A stretch of DNA of 64,000 nucleotides from Botryllus schlosseri (lineage: Eukaryota): contig CM119372.1 in NCBI GenBank assembly GCA_051294905.1, positions 34,784,001 to 34,848,000 of the forward strand, written 5' to 3'. The notes beneath the pieces are model-generated. The model did not search any database, was not told the DNA's origin, and saw nothing but the letters and a program-made list of their open reading frames with translations. The position numbers and the translations under genes were made by a program. Positions 13,047 to 26,646 of the stretch are shown here, piece by piece; position 1 is the first letter of the stretch, and each line of letters starts with the position of its first letter.

Positions 13047-14488
13047 CAGTGGTCGGGAACCTTTTTCGTCCGAAGAGCCATATTGACCCTATATTTTTCA
13101 TTCTAACCCCCAAAGAGCCATACATGTCAATCAACTACTATGTCACAATTGAAAAATCGTGACGTCATGGTAGTGCAAATTCGAAATCTTTGCATGGAAA
13201 TCGTCGTTTGCACCGTTTTTCTCTGTCAAACTCGTACTAATCTTATTGGTTGCCTTATTTGAGTAATGAGTATGCAAAACTTCGGTTACATATATATCCT
13301 TTGCTAGTTATACATTTTTAATTGTATTGCACTGAGAGGCATATGATATTTTTCGAAGCTTAAGACAATTAATTTGTAAATTTCCAACATACGTAGACAA
13401 CAGTAAAAGTATGAATCTACTTTTACACGCTTTTTACAGTTAATGCGTCTTTTGGTGTTGCATGGTATTCCTGACGGCTTTGTAGTCTGGTTGAGGTTAA
13501 GCTTCATACAAAATTTGAGACTTTAGTCAGTTATACGAGATCGTAGGTTAGTCTTGATGTTATTCTCCAATGCGAGGACCCATGATGACATACGTAGCTG
13601 GAGCCAAACACGGTCACTATACAGCAGGATACATAACCACTGTAATGTGTGATGCGTCAGTGTATGACGTGGTTTCAGGGGAGACAGGTGAGGCGCTGCC
13701 TCACCTGTCTACTAGATTTTGAACATTTTTACCACCAAAAACACGCAAATAGCCTATTTATTGCTCGAAAATAAAGCGTGAAAGGAGAAGTGAGGCATAG
13801 GTGAGGCACGGCCGCACGATGCCATACCCGTGATAGCGCAATTGATCGTAAATATCAAAGAATTTATGATAACTGATAATAATGTAATGTATTTGTGGCA
13901 CTGATTCCGAATCGACTTCTCAATTCTCAAAGTAGTCAGCCGTAACGCGACGATGCGCCACACGCCTACTTGCTAAAAGCGGCTACAAAACTATACGTTA
14001 TCAATCAGAAACGTGAATAGCTATGGCGTTGTTTGTAATTTGAATTTGTAATTGTGAATGTCACTTCCACGGCAGTTCATTCTCGCCGTAGATCAGGAAG
14101 ACAATGTGTATTTGAAAACTGCATTGCGATACAGGCGCCGTCATGTCTGCTATTCTCGTTGATCAATCGACGTATCGCGCAATCCAAGATTTCGTGGCGG
14201 GTACATCGAATTTGGGAGTGATATTGGTCGCCGCCGCGACAGCAACTTAAATGTAACGATTTTGAAAAGGGCGCCCAACCCCAAACCCCTAATACTCCAC
14301 TGTATTAACCTCTCAAAGAAACTTCAAACTGCCACGAGCATATTTATATTAGTTGTGCTGAAGATTTAATTACAATAGTTACTGCAATATTGATAAATGA
14401 AGCACAAAAATAAAAATCTCGCAAAGAGCCATATCTCATGCCCAAAAGAGCCATGTATGGCTCGCGAGCCATAGGTTCCCAACCACTG
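13047..14488. mobile_element. Complete hAT-type MITE spanning the spacer/right-arm boundary
   Basis: TIR cagtggtcgggaacc/ggttcccaaccactg, TSD gcctagat/gcctagac. Confidence 0.88.
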
Positions 14489-16450
14489 GCCTAGACAATG
14501 CAGAGACCGAGGCGCTTCGAAAACGAACTGGGGCTACCCCACAGGAAGAACCTTTCCGAGGAGATAGTTTTCCAGCGAATACCGTGGCTCTAGCTCACTC
14601 CATTACTCGCTGAAAAGTGTTGTCAAGTATCATGCGCAGCTAGTAGTTCAAAATACAATAAAAGTGATGATAATTATATTTTTCTTGTATTTGCATTTCT
14701 TCAATAAAATATTATTTATTTTGTGGTAACTATATGCCCGTCGCCCATGTTAAAGAGCACGGTGTTGTACTGACGTAAAGTTTTAAAAACGTGTGAGGCC
14801 CATTTTATCTCGATATTGAAATAATGCGGCCCGCGGCTTCTAATAAAGTTGAAAAAGACGCTCGCGACCCGTTTTGAGTTCGTGACCCCTGCAGTAAGTA
14901 GGCGTACGCCTTTACGGTATTGTAGCTCAACGAACTATGTTGCGTCAGGTATCTTTGTGGAAGTTATTGGTACCGATATCAACTCTTTCCGGCGGTGATT
15001 GTTACTTACACTAAACCGTCATGGTATCGTAAGACGCAGTTCCTTCATACTATCGGCCAACAGCTATTTAAAATTCATTTTTATTCGCGTTGATCAAGCC
15101 GGGAAAGTGCAACAGTGAAACAATGCGTGTCAGTAATTTCGCAAATGATTAGGAACTGATGACTAGGGCAAGTTTTTGCTACTTTTGCTATTTTTTTACA
15201 GCTTCCGACAGCTTCCTAGATACTCAGAATCTATGTACTATGATGTTTTAAGCTGTTTGGAGGGATTTTAAATCGCAACTTTTTGCAACTTTTCTCGATT
15301 TTTCATGCCAATTTTTACTGCAACCTGCATCAAATATTGAGTTAAAATGTAAAGGAGTGATTTAAAAGCATGCTATATAGTATTTCTAGTATGATTCTAT
15401 TCTCTTTGATTTGCAAAGCAAAGCTATATGATGGGTTAGTTGCATCTCACTGTTATCTATGACACAATGACTTGCAACCAAGAAGTTCAACTACCCCCGC
15501 CAACGACCGTGCCCGAACAATATGTAAATAGTTCGCTTTAGTAATTCTGTCGTTTAAATTTGAACTAATTTTCCATTTCACGTGCGCCCAGGCGAGACCG
15601 TCGAAAATTACATTGTCACTGAGTCACCTTTTTAAGGCCATTGCTTTTGTTGAAGTCACCGAGTGTGAGTTTTCCTGTCATGCCTTGGGTCAAGTTTGCA
15701 GACCTAGGGGGTTTGGGGTGTGTTATTTGACTTGTTTTAGGGGAGGGGTTATAGCTATGCTTTTTGACTTTTTGGGAGGGTATTATTCCCGCATTACGTA
15801 ATTTTCTTGCTATGTGCCGAACAAAATTTAATTTTTGGCGGTTTCGCCAGACCATGCGTTAAATGGCAATAAAGAAACAAATTTTACAGCTCTGCCGGAA
15901 CTAGGTTATACAACGGAACCGTTCGAGCATCTCATACCCTAATAATTCAACGAAAATTATAAATGTAACGTTTTAATGCAACATTTGTTAAAATTAAATG
16001 CAACTTTCTCGCGATTTTAGAGCAACAAAAACTTGCCCTATTGATGACGCGTTACGTCGGCATCACAGAGATCGATGGGTTGGGATGGACTGGAAAGCTG
16101 GAATGCTACTTTGTCTTTTAGCTGCAATTCGAATCCGGTGGCTTTCCAAGGAAAATGGCTTGTTCCAAAATGTTTTTACCACTGACAAGTTTAATTTGTG
16201 GCCACATTATGTTCAGAGCGTTGGGCCCCTTTAATGTATGGCTATCCTACCAAGGTCTCTGGAATGAAATTCGGCACCAAGATTGACTACGAATTCGAAA
16301 GACTAATCAAGACTTTTCGGGGGTCTCGTGATCATGTTAAGAATCCATTCAAAAACTGCATTAAAACTACATGAAAAAAAAATTTACTACATAATTTCGC
16401 GACGGTTAATTCTGCAAAGATATGTAAAATTGTATTTGAAATGTACTCAC

Positions 16451-16573
16451 GATTTTAAGGTATCATTGCTGTTGATAACAAGAATCGTGATGGTACTGGC
16501 AACGATTCCGAATGCAGCTAGAATAGCCGTTACCACGACGAATAATATTGCTTCCCAGTCTGAGAATGCACCT
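16451..16573 (-). CDS. Class-A GPCR TM1 exon, mirror copy in right arm
   Basis: Reverse complement of 8098..8220. Confidence 0.8.
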
Positions 16574-16887
16574 CTAAAATCGATTAATTTGTAAACAATC
16601 ACAGCTTAATATAATATGCCTGTGGTAATATGTTTGCCTAAAAAGCTTTCCCATCAAATTTATCATCTTTACTGTTAGGAAATAAGCCAGTGAAAGCCCT
16701 CCGATTATCTCATTGCCTCATTTAAGGACAGGAGCCGAGGATATGAAGTTATGGAACTGGTGTGAATCCATATCGATGATTTTGTAATGGTATCTGTAAT
16801 TAAAGTACCTCCAATATACATCTAGCCTTCAAAACAAACCAGAGGAAATTCAAGGAAATGTTACCGGACAAATAACAGCGGACTTAC

Positions 16888-16934
16888 GAAACATTACGTA
16901 GACTCGTTCTGCCAAAATCGTCCTTGGCGAGCAT
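16888..16934 (-). CDS. Candidate first coding exon of GPCR, mirror copy
   Basis: Reverse complement of 7737..7783. Confidence 0.45.
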
Positions 16935-18490
16935 AATCGTTACCTGGTGACGTCTTAACAATGCATGTCCAATTGATGATTGTCAGAAATGCTCATGAGA
17001 TGGAGAGATACAGTTTATTTGCTACCTCCAAACACGTTTATATAGGATATATAATAGGGGGCTTGACTGCGTCTGCAATTATTGCGTGCCAGTGTTGGCA
17101 CGACTCGAGTCATGACTTGACTCCCACTCTCACTCCTTGCCGCTCACTTGCTCCTGAGCTGCACCATAGTAACTCCAGACGGCATTGTAGCGTCACAATG
17201 TCAAACCTCGTAGCAATGTAAAATACTAGACGAATTTTGGGGGGTTGCAGGGCCATGAGCAGTATATTTATATTTTCGTAATCAGTACAGCGACAGCTTT
17301 CGATTGATACCCGTTTTAGCAAATTTAGCGTCAGCAAGCCGGTCAAAAATTGCCGTCAAATTGCCTTTGGTCAAATGGAAAGCTTGACGTAACCCAAACG
17401 CAGTGATCTCGCAGTGTCCACACTAGGTTTGCATTTAAAACAAACGGTGTTTTAAAACACTTTGTTCAAATCATGTTTTAAACAGTGTTTCAAACAAATG
17501 CCTTTTTGAAAAAAAAATAATGCTTTTTTTTCTAACGTTGTCTAATTATGCCATAACTGTGTAAATACGTCCATGTAGTATGAGCTTACGGACGATTTGC
17601 ACCCAAAATAGTCGACGTATACGATGTGGGGTGGCTGGAGCCCTCGAAAGCTTCGTCGGTTCAACAGTTTTTGCACGTAAATATAGACCATTGGTACGGA
17701 ATGGGTGTTCCGATGATGATGACCGCCGACCGTAAAAATGCAGCATAACGATTTAGTCCTGGTTAAAGATATTTTAGTCTGTTTGTGACAGTGATCGGAA
17801 GCCCTTTTCGCCGAAGGAGCCATATTTACGCTATATTTTCAATAGTAAATGACAATTCACTGTGACATCACAATTAGATATTCGTGACGTCATGGCTACA
17901 AAAGGAATAAAAAAAATGTTTTAAACAAGGGTCCTGTTTTAAACATGTTCGTTTTAAATTGATTTTTATTTCAAATGCAACCCTAGTCCTCACCATTTAG
18001 GACACTACGATTGCACAATTTTATCGCTGGCAATTTGTCGCCCTTGCGATACCTCTTTTTGTTTTAGCTACGCCTGTGCCAACGTGATATATAATAGGTG
18101 ACTTCTTTCTGGTTCTAATCCTGTGTAACGAATGGTGAAATATCTATAGGGGCCCGTACACTCTTGGCGAGAAGGGTGTGTATTAACATCCGTTTACCAC
18201 CCGTGATATTTGGGTGTGAATATGCACCCGTGATGCATGAAACCGGAGCCTACCTGAGACTTACACCACGATGTAAATCAAACACAACATTTCAATGTAA
18301 TAATTAGGACGTAGGAAGGTATACACGTATGCACATTAGGGTTAGCAGGTAGCAGGAGTTAGTGAACATTTTGATATAAATTATTAAAATTGTAATCATT
18401 TTGTTCAAATCAAAAAAAATGTCCCGCACAAACTGACTTCAATTTTGACACTGGTCCAAATATAGAAAAAAATTACAATTGAAAGGTATT

Positions 18491-21092
18491 CAATTTAATA
18501 GTATATTCATATTGAAATGAACCCGAATATTTTTGGCTGACACTCGTCAGGGGTAATCGTCAGCAACTAGTAGAGAATTGGAAAGAACATTGTATATCAA
18601 CAATCGTATCACATAATATGACGTCACCAGCATGAAATTTCGAATGAGACATCGTTCAATGTACTATTTTAAGGTTATACACGAACTCCTTTTGTTGACA
18701 GAGTTTTGGTTGGTGTATTTGATAAAAGTCGACTCCAAGGCACGTGAGCGGCCCCTCCCAACGACGCGAAATCTGTCGTCTCGATAATTATTCGCACAAA
18801 TCGGAGTAACTAACACAGGGGTTCTCAAAGGGTGGGCCATGGCCCACTGGTGGGCCTTAGAGCATTTTGAGGTGGGCCACAAAGCTATTTAGTAAATTTT
18901 AGAATTAGTGTAAGTTTAGTGATATTTGTTATGTTAAACGCTAGAAATATATTCATAAACTTTTCATCCGACTTTGCCCAGACGTATAGTGGCACGTATG
19001 GAGTCAGCATGTACAAGTCGAAAACGGGGGGACAAACGGCGGATTTTTCCACTGGCCATGACAACCTACGGCTAACAGCAACTAAAGTATTTTCGAGTAT
19101 ATGATAACCGGAAGGTAATGCTGAAGTAACTAAGTATTCCGGCAGGGTCATATGTCGTATGCCGTTGAAAGGGGTGTGCAATGAACTCGGAATGAAGTGT
19201 AATTGATGTATAGATTTACTGTACTTCGGCAGGTCATATTATTGTAGCCAGTATTGAAAATTATTAGCAACTTCTGGTGAAGGCATACTGCACCACCGCA
19301 GCGAATCGCAAGGGATTGAGGATTTAGCGGAGCGCAATAATCTTTGGAGTCGGTTTAAAATGTACGGCCTGGAATCATTGAACATGATGTAAGAGTCACA
19401 TGAATTGATTGTATCATTGGATTGAATATTCTGACATCGCAATTTCAGTTGGTTTGGTACAAGACATACAATGTACAGCATGCATATTACAAAACTATTT
19501 TTCCACTTCTCTGTGGTACTAGCACCCCATTCATTAATGAATGTTTGAAACTGGCCCAGAATGATTATATTATTCCCCACAATAGTGGAACTAAAACCCT
19601 AATCACACAGTGGATGCGTGGGTTTGATAATTATGTTTCGCGACGCTAATGGAGCAGCGGACGGTCATAATATACACATGAGTTTTAGCCTATGATCTAC
19701 CGGGGCCGTGTCTGCCGCACCCAAGCCCTCAATTGGCGGAGCTCGAAGGGGAGGGGCCCAAGATTATGTCGTTGGTCGTTTCTAGGGGGATATTTATTCA
19801 ACTTGAAAATTTTCGTCGCGCTTAGCGCGATTTCATGTCCCTAGAGGTCTAGATTCAAATATCATCGTAAGGATCATATCGCCGGCACCCGTCTATACCG
19901 TTATAGAGCCAGTTACACACTATTATTACTGTGTATGTGTTGCTGTTATTACTGTATGTTTTTTGTTTTGTTATGAGTATTCTGGTATTCTGTTTATTCC
20001 GGTTGACAAAGAAATAAAAATCTCTCTCTCTCTCTCTCATCACATCAGTAAATTAAGAGAAAATGCGCATATTTCAAATAAATAGGCATATCGGCGCCGT
20101 GGACTACCACGCAGTGAACAGGGTTATGACTCTAAGATAAGAGGTGGGCCACAGCCCACAACACATTTTCAAACTGGAAAATGGGCCACGGCCAAGAAAG
20201 GGCTGAGAACCCCTGAACTAACAGATGTTTGCCGATGGCAGAATTAATGGCCTTTGATCGGCCAGCATCAAGTTTAAGCGGATGAGTTGAGGGTGAGCTT
20301 TTCACCGAGCGTGACACATGTGTTCTGATAAATCTGGGGACATGCTGGTTTATGCGTTCCTGCGGACGCTTTGACGTTCTTCCCACGTAGCCACAATCAC
20401 AGATACCGTTAATTCTTACAAAGATACCGTTAATTCTTTCAAAGTGTGCTATCGTCTCGATATCATCGGTGAACCGATAATCGGTCGGGCTCCAGTATAT
20501 TCCATCTTTAGACGTCTGGTTAGAATACCGGGCTTCTTGACACGCATTTGCGATGAATAAGCATGATATCTCAAGAGTTACTCTCCATTTGGGGATTTGG
20601 AAGTATGCCATCATGGCCCCTGAGCTCAATCTCGCATTGCGTAATGGAAGTTTATGCCATTTGATTAGTGGTAATCTATCATTTTCTTCGAAAGAGCGGC
20701 TTGCTCTGCACAGCTGATAGATAAACATAAAATCGTCCCTCCATACTCGGTTTTCTCATATTTTCATCTGAATTCTGGCTTGGTGAATCGTATCAAGTTT
20801 TCGTAGTGTTTACCACATCATCTCGAAATTTGTAGTTGAATAGTATCTTCATATTGAAATGAACCCGAATATTTTCGGCTGACACTGGTCAGGGGTAATC
20901 GTCAGCAACTAGTAGAGAATTCAGAAGAACATCGTATATCAATAATCGTAGCACAAAATATGACGTCACCAGCATGAAATGTCGAATACGAGAGAGTTCT
21001 TTTGAATTCTCTACTATTTACTGACGATTACCCCTGACGAGTGTCAGCCGAAAATATTCGGGTTCATTTCAATATGAAGATACTATTCAACT
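18491..21092 (-). mobile_element. Mirror copy of Penelope-like remnant
   Basis: Reverse complement of 3579..6180 (ORF 20132..20728 identical to 3943..4539). Confidence 0.85.
21030..21063 (+). ncRNA. Putative minimal type I hammerhead ribozyme (mirror copy)
   Basis: acccctgacgagtgtcagccgaaaatattcgggt. Confidence 0.6.
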
Positions 21093-24000
21093 GTATAGTG
21101 AAGTTCTGTACCTCCAAGAAGAGATGGATTTGTTGAAGACGTTGGATTGAAGAACTCTGATATATGCTTTAAGAAACGATAATAGAATGTTTGCAACCAA
21201 TATATTTTGGTTTATGAAAACCCTTGCTCAACATTGCATTTTGCAGTTTCACAAATTCGCCATTCCGCCGTCCAGTATCAACAGATGCTGTGGCACATAT
21301 GATATGACATTTTTAAATTTTCCTATGCATCCTATTCCTCTAATCGGTTTCCTAGACCGCCGAAAATATTTTGAGTTTATCTACTTTCGCCTTTTTAAAC
21401 ACCCAGTTTGATTTGTGTCAGACGAATTGGAATTATACGATATATGCAGTCTACATCTAAAATCGAAATTGATAACGATTCATTAATTATTCAATTTTAA
21501 CTGTAAACAAGAACACGATAGCATTAATTTATTCTGGGCAATCACAATTTACCTAAATACTATTTTAAATCTTCGCAGTTGGAATTGTGTCAGTTCAATT
21601 CGAATCAGTCGCTATACATATTATATAGTCTGTATCTACAAAATAAAGCCTATCCTTCATACAGTGTAAACTGGAAACTTTTTGTGCGGGAGTTTTTTGT
21701 TTAAACAGTCTTGTGAATTTTGATATGAGGACACAAAAGTTCATTATTTGTGACTACAGGACAAACAAAATTTTAAATTTTTTTATCCAGTCATAACCCT
21801 AACGCACATAGGATCTTTATTACTTCCCATAATGTATCGCAATGAGATATACCTGCCATCCACGTACCATGGATATTGTGACGCGGCGTTAAAAATAACC
21901 TGTAATTTATATGAGCAACCGAGTTGTGATGATATGACATGTTATTTGAAGAGTGTAAAATTAAACTTCTCTTCCCTTAAGCCAGACATTTGTGCCGTCG
22001 GCATATTAGTCTCTTGTAATAGCGACGTTACTGTAACGTTTACCATTATCAGTTTCGATATATGCGATAGTCTCAACATTCAGGATACACAACGTTTGTT
22101 TCTAAGCAGAGTGGTGCTTCTGCATTCTTCATTTTGCTTCTACGAGCTCGCATGGTAAAGTTTGATGACAAGAAATGCGATAGATCGGTGTTTATTGCAA
22201 TCACATTATCATATCGTTAAGCGGGTTTCCACAAATACGATTCTCAGTATATTAAAGTTGTCGACTCGCCACACTGAACCAAATTTACCACACTGAATAA
22301 AGTGGAAAAGGTGAATAATTTGTTTTACCGCTTGGACATACATCGAAAAAGTACATTTGATGAACTGAATACACGCAACGATGTTGTAATGCTGGACCAT
22401 TGATTCAGAAATAATGCACCAGTGCGACCATACATATTTACATTATGTTCTTTGAGCACTATGTACCTTATACACAACGGTTCGGAACTGTTTTATTTCG
22501 CCTGATGTGCGAATAATTACCTTGTGACCCAGTTTTCTTTTCAACTGGACGCCTAGAGGTGAGGTGGATATTGGTCAATGACATTATGAGACAAGTGTAT
22601 CTGTTTGACTCGGGTGTGATCAAACTAGTTGAACTTCAAGGCAGTGTTGGGATCAAGTCACTACCTTCGAGTCACGAGTCATCTCGAGTCATTGCAGATT
22701 TTGACTCGAGTCAAGTCAAGTCAATCGATTTTCGAAGGTGACTCGAGTCAAGTCAAGTCACTCGATTTTTGGAGGTGACTCGAGTCAAGTCGAGTCAAGT
22801 CAAGTCAAGTCACGAGTCAAGTCGCAATTCAAGTCAAATTGAATTTTCGAAGTATGAGTGATGCTTCAAAGTCATAACATTTTGTCAGCTGCGTGAATGA
22901 CAGAATAATTAGCCATTTATTTTTAACCAAATCACGAATATAAAGGTAAATATGCATGCAAAAAGGCGTTGTATCGCACAGAAACACCTAGAACTGCCAA
23001 TGAAATAAGTGAGAAACTGTATATAGTTACATGCCACAGTCTGTTATTATCAGCTAAAATAGAGGAGCGAATACGAAGCCTTGAGAAATTTAAGCAAATT
23101 TATATGGTACCATACACTACCAATCCGTGAGAACATGAACGCATAAACGATAATAATTCGATTTAAATTATTTATGAGGGTTGGTAAAGGTGAGCACTGC
23201 GCAATGTTTGCTAGCCGACTAAGAAACACAGATACGTTGCTATTAATCTACTACTACTTCTACTATGGCAACGTATGCTCTAATCCAGCGGTTCTTAACC
23301 TGGGGTAATTACCCCCAAAGGGGTAATTTACCAATATTTGGGGGGTAATTCTAATTGACGTTTTTATATAGCCTAGTTATAACTAGCATTGAAATATTTT
23401 CAAACGAAAATTTGAATGTAGGTGAACATATATTTTTGCGAGATTGTAAATATCTCGTTTCACTCAACTCACCATGCCTGCTGTGATTTCATAGTAACCA
23501 CTAGCAATTATGAATAACAAGGTCGACTGTAGTTTAATATGAAGTGCTATATAAGTTAAACTTATTTTGCAGCAGTGCGGATCATATATTGTTGTTGTTG
23601 TATGTGGGGTTAATGGTGCTTAACTACTAAGGTCTTGTGCACCAGACCACGTCGAAAATAATATATCCGCAAATAATTAGATTAATCGGGTAGCCAATAC
23701 GAATTCAATGACAGTCTGAATTGTATATGGACTGGATAATAGGGCCCGTACTGTCATGTCGACATTGTTGAGACATACATTGACCAATAAAGACACAATA
23801 TAGTAAACATGCGGGGGAAAACTCGACCTGGAATTGTTATCGCGATGGGTGACATAAATCCAACCGTTTTCCGAACACCATTATCCACGTACCAACCATC
23901 GTCGAGGAGGTGTTTTATTCAGACATTTTGACTCTGGAAAATCCAAAGCACGAACCCGGACATCGCGGACATGTCGAAACCTATTGTCCAATTTCCAAAA

Positions 24001-25067
24001 CATGCATTTCGATATACAAGAGCACATTGCATGTGGGTAACCGATGATTTTGATGGGATGCACCAGCACAAGTGAATATGCGATTACACAAATGTATCGG
24101 AGTCGTTGTTGGTGTGTATTTTGTCACTGTCCGTTGTAACAATATACAAAAATATCAAAATATCGGGTGTGGTTTTCAGTTTTCAAAACGAAAATGGTAT
24201 TGTTACCCAGGGAAAAGATAGATTTCCAAGTGAAAACGGTATTGGTACTCAGGTAAATGATAGTTTTCCAAACGAAAAAGGTTTGTTACCCAGGGAGAAA
24301 ATATATTTCCAAAAGAAAATAATTAGTTACTCTAGGTAAAAGTATTTTTCCAAGTGAAAATGGTTTGTTGCTGTAGGAAAAAAAATAGATTTGCAAACGA
24401 AAAGGGTTTTGTTACTCTAGGAAAGGATTGAACCCAAAGTCAAATTGTATTGTTACTCTGGGTAAACGATAGATCTCTAAAGGCAAGTGATGTTTTTACT
24501 CAGGTAAACGACGGACCGCCAAGTGAAAATGGTTTGTTGCTGAGGGAAAAAATATATTTCCAAGTGAAAATGGTTTGTTGCTGAGGGAAAAATATATTTC
24601 CAAGTGAAAATGGTTTCTTAGTCTAGGTAAACGTCAGATCTCCAAAGGAAAATGATATGTTTACTCAGTTAAACGACGGACAACCAAGTGAAAGTGGTAA
24701 TTTCACATAGGTAAACGTCGTGGGTTCGGTTTCGTTGGTCTTGTTAAACGTAGCTGTCGAGTTGTACAATATACTTGTCGTGAATATACAATTACGAAGG
24801 GAGAGAATGAAATTGCTATTATGAGTGCCAGAAGGTTGTTGTATGTAGATTTGACAGTAACCCTATCATTCACATATGACAAACACAATCATGACCGTGA
24901 ATACATGTAACTAACTTGTTCTGTCTCGATCAATGCGAAAGAGATGATTCGTTCTTTGAAACCGTAGCGAAGACCACACGTAAATCTATGCGATAGACTT
25001 CTATCTCCTTACATTCAGTCGTGTCGTGTCCATTTTAATACGGGTCCCACATGTATGACATGCACAC

Positions 25068-26646
25068 CAGAGTTGGATCAATTACATTATTTCAGTTCAA
25101 TTACAATTACAATTACAATTACTTTCATGCATGTTTCAATTACATTACAATTACAATTACTCCATGCTAAAAATATCAAATTACAATTACAATTTTAATT
25201 ACTCCTTGCATGCTTCAATTACATTACAATTACAATTACAATTGCTGCTGTTGAACATTTAATTGAATAATCATAAATTCTACCGTGCTTCTTGACAACC
25301 GTAGCGTCGTATTTAACAACAATTCAAGTCTAGTTCAGATTGTGTAGTAATAAATGCGTTTATGTGCGTACGCCGTACATACTACATGGTATGCTATTTA
25401 AGATGTCATTGTGACATGATATAAGCGTGTGTTGCATGCTCGGTAATTATGGCTCACGTAATTGGAATGTAAAATGTTATTTACCTAATTTCCTATGGGT
25501 TAGGATTAAGGATAGGGTGCAGTATGTCGTTGAAAAAGTATTATAATATATGCACGTGTGGGATTTGCGTATATAGTATATAATTAAAGAAATAATATTA
25601 TTTTTATCGAGGGACGTAGGAATTAGGATGAGGAGTAAAAACAAAACCGTGCTTTGTCAGATAAGACGTTATATAATATCCAATGGTCTGGTTAGTTAGC
25701 CAGACGAAGTAACGATGCAGCATCGTGATCTGAAATCGTATTGTAGATTGCCAACCCACGGATAGATGCGCAAGATGTGAGTCACGGATGAATGCACCGA
25801 CAAACGTACTGCAGAGCCGGCTAAAAGCAGCAAACTTTGTAGTCCTAGAGCTGGCGATCCATGCGTCAAAATTTGATGCATCTGGTCTTTATCGTAAGCT
25901 ATTGATGTACTAATTCCGAAAATACAAAATAAAATCTCGTCAGGGCAATGTAACTGCTCCAAAATAGCCGTTTAAGGCCGACTGTTCTGAAAAGTGAGAG
26001 CGCTGCAGCAGCATGACCACAACAATTACCAATTACGCCCAGCGATTGTTCAGAACAATGCCGATTCCCAGACTTTCATGACTATTTTGGGATGGTACCA
26101 TTGCCTGGAAATATACTTTTATTGCGGAATCAGTGCGACACTAGCTTTCGATTAGGACCTTACATATCAAATTTCGACGCTTGGATCGCCAGCTATGGTA
26201 CTATAAATTCTGCTGCTTTTAGCCCGTTCAGCAGTTCGCTTCTCGCCGTATTCAATCGTGAGTCACGTGTTGCGAATCCATCCGTTGGTTAGTAATCTAA
26301 AAATTGTATACAATGGCAGCCGAGGCCAGCATAGCGGTAAAAATATAGAAAAAACTTCGCCCGCATGGGCGCAGTCCAGGGCTTCCGCGAATGGATCCAC
26401 CAAATTCCTTGTCGACATTTAAAGAGAACGCATTATAATTCAATTCTTTTATGTTGTGCTTGTCAGGTCTCAATAACAACTTAATGTAATTGAAATTGTA
26501 ATTGAGCAAAATTTTTTTCAAATTACAATTACAATTACAATTACACAAAATAAAAATGCCTCAATTAGAATTAAATTACAATTACATTGAAAAATGTAAT
26601 TAAATACATTCAATTACAATTACAAATTACAATTGATCCAACTCTG
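25068..26646. mobile_element. hAT-type element with subterminal (aattac)n arrays
   Basis: TIR cagagttggatcaatt/aattgatccaactctg, perfect TSD atgcacac. Confidence 0.93.

Larger units (their letters stand above)
13163..24670 (-). repeat. Right arm of giant inverted repeat
   Basis: Reverse complement of 1..11508 with no net indel (constant coordinate sum). One substitution seen by eye (7287 T / 17384 T); no full alignment was done. Confidence 0.98.

Noticed and set aside
23800..24060. PRTNH motif resembling a MULE transposase C-terminus (mirror ~610..870)
   Set aside because: Surrounding residues do not stay in a consistent frame; too weak to call.
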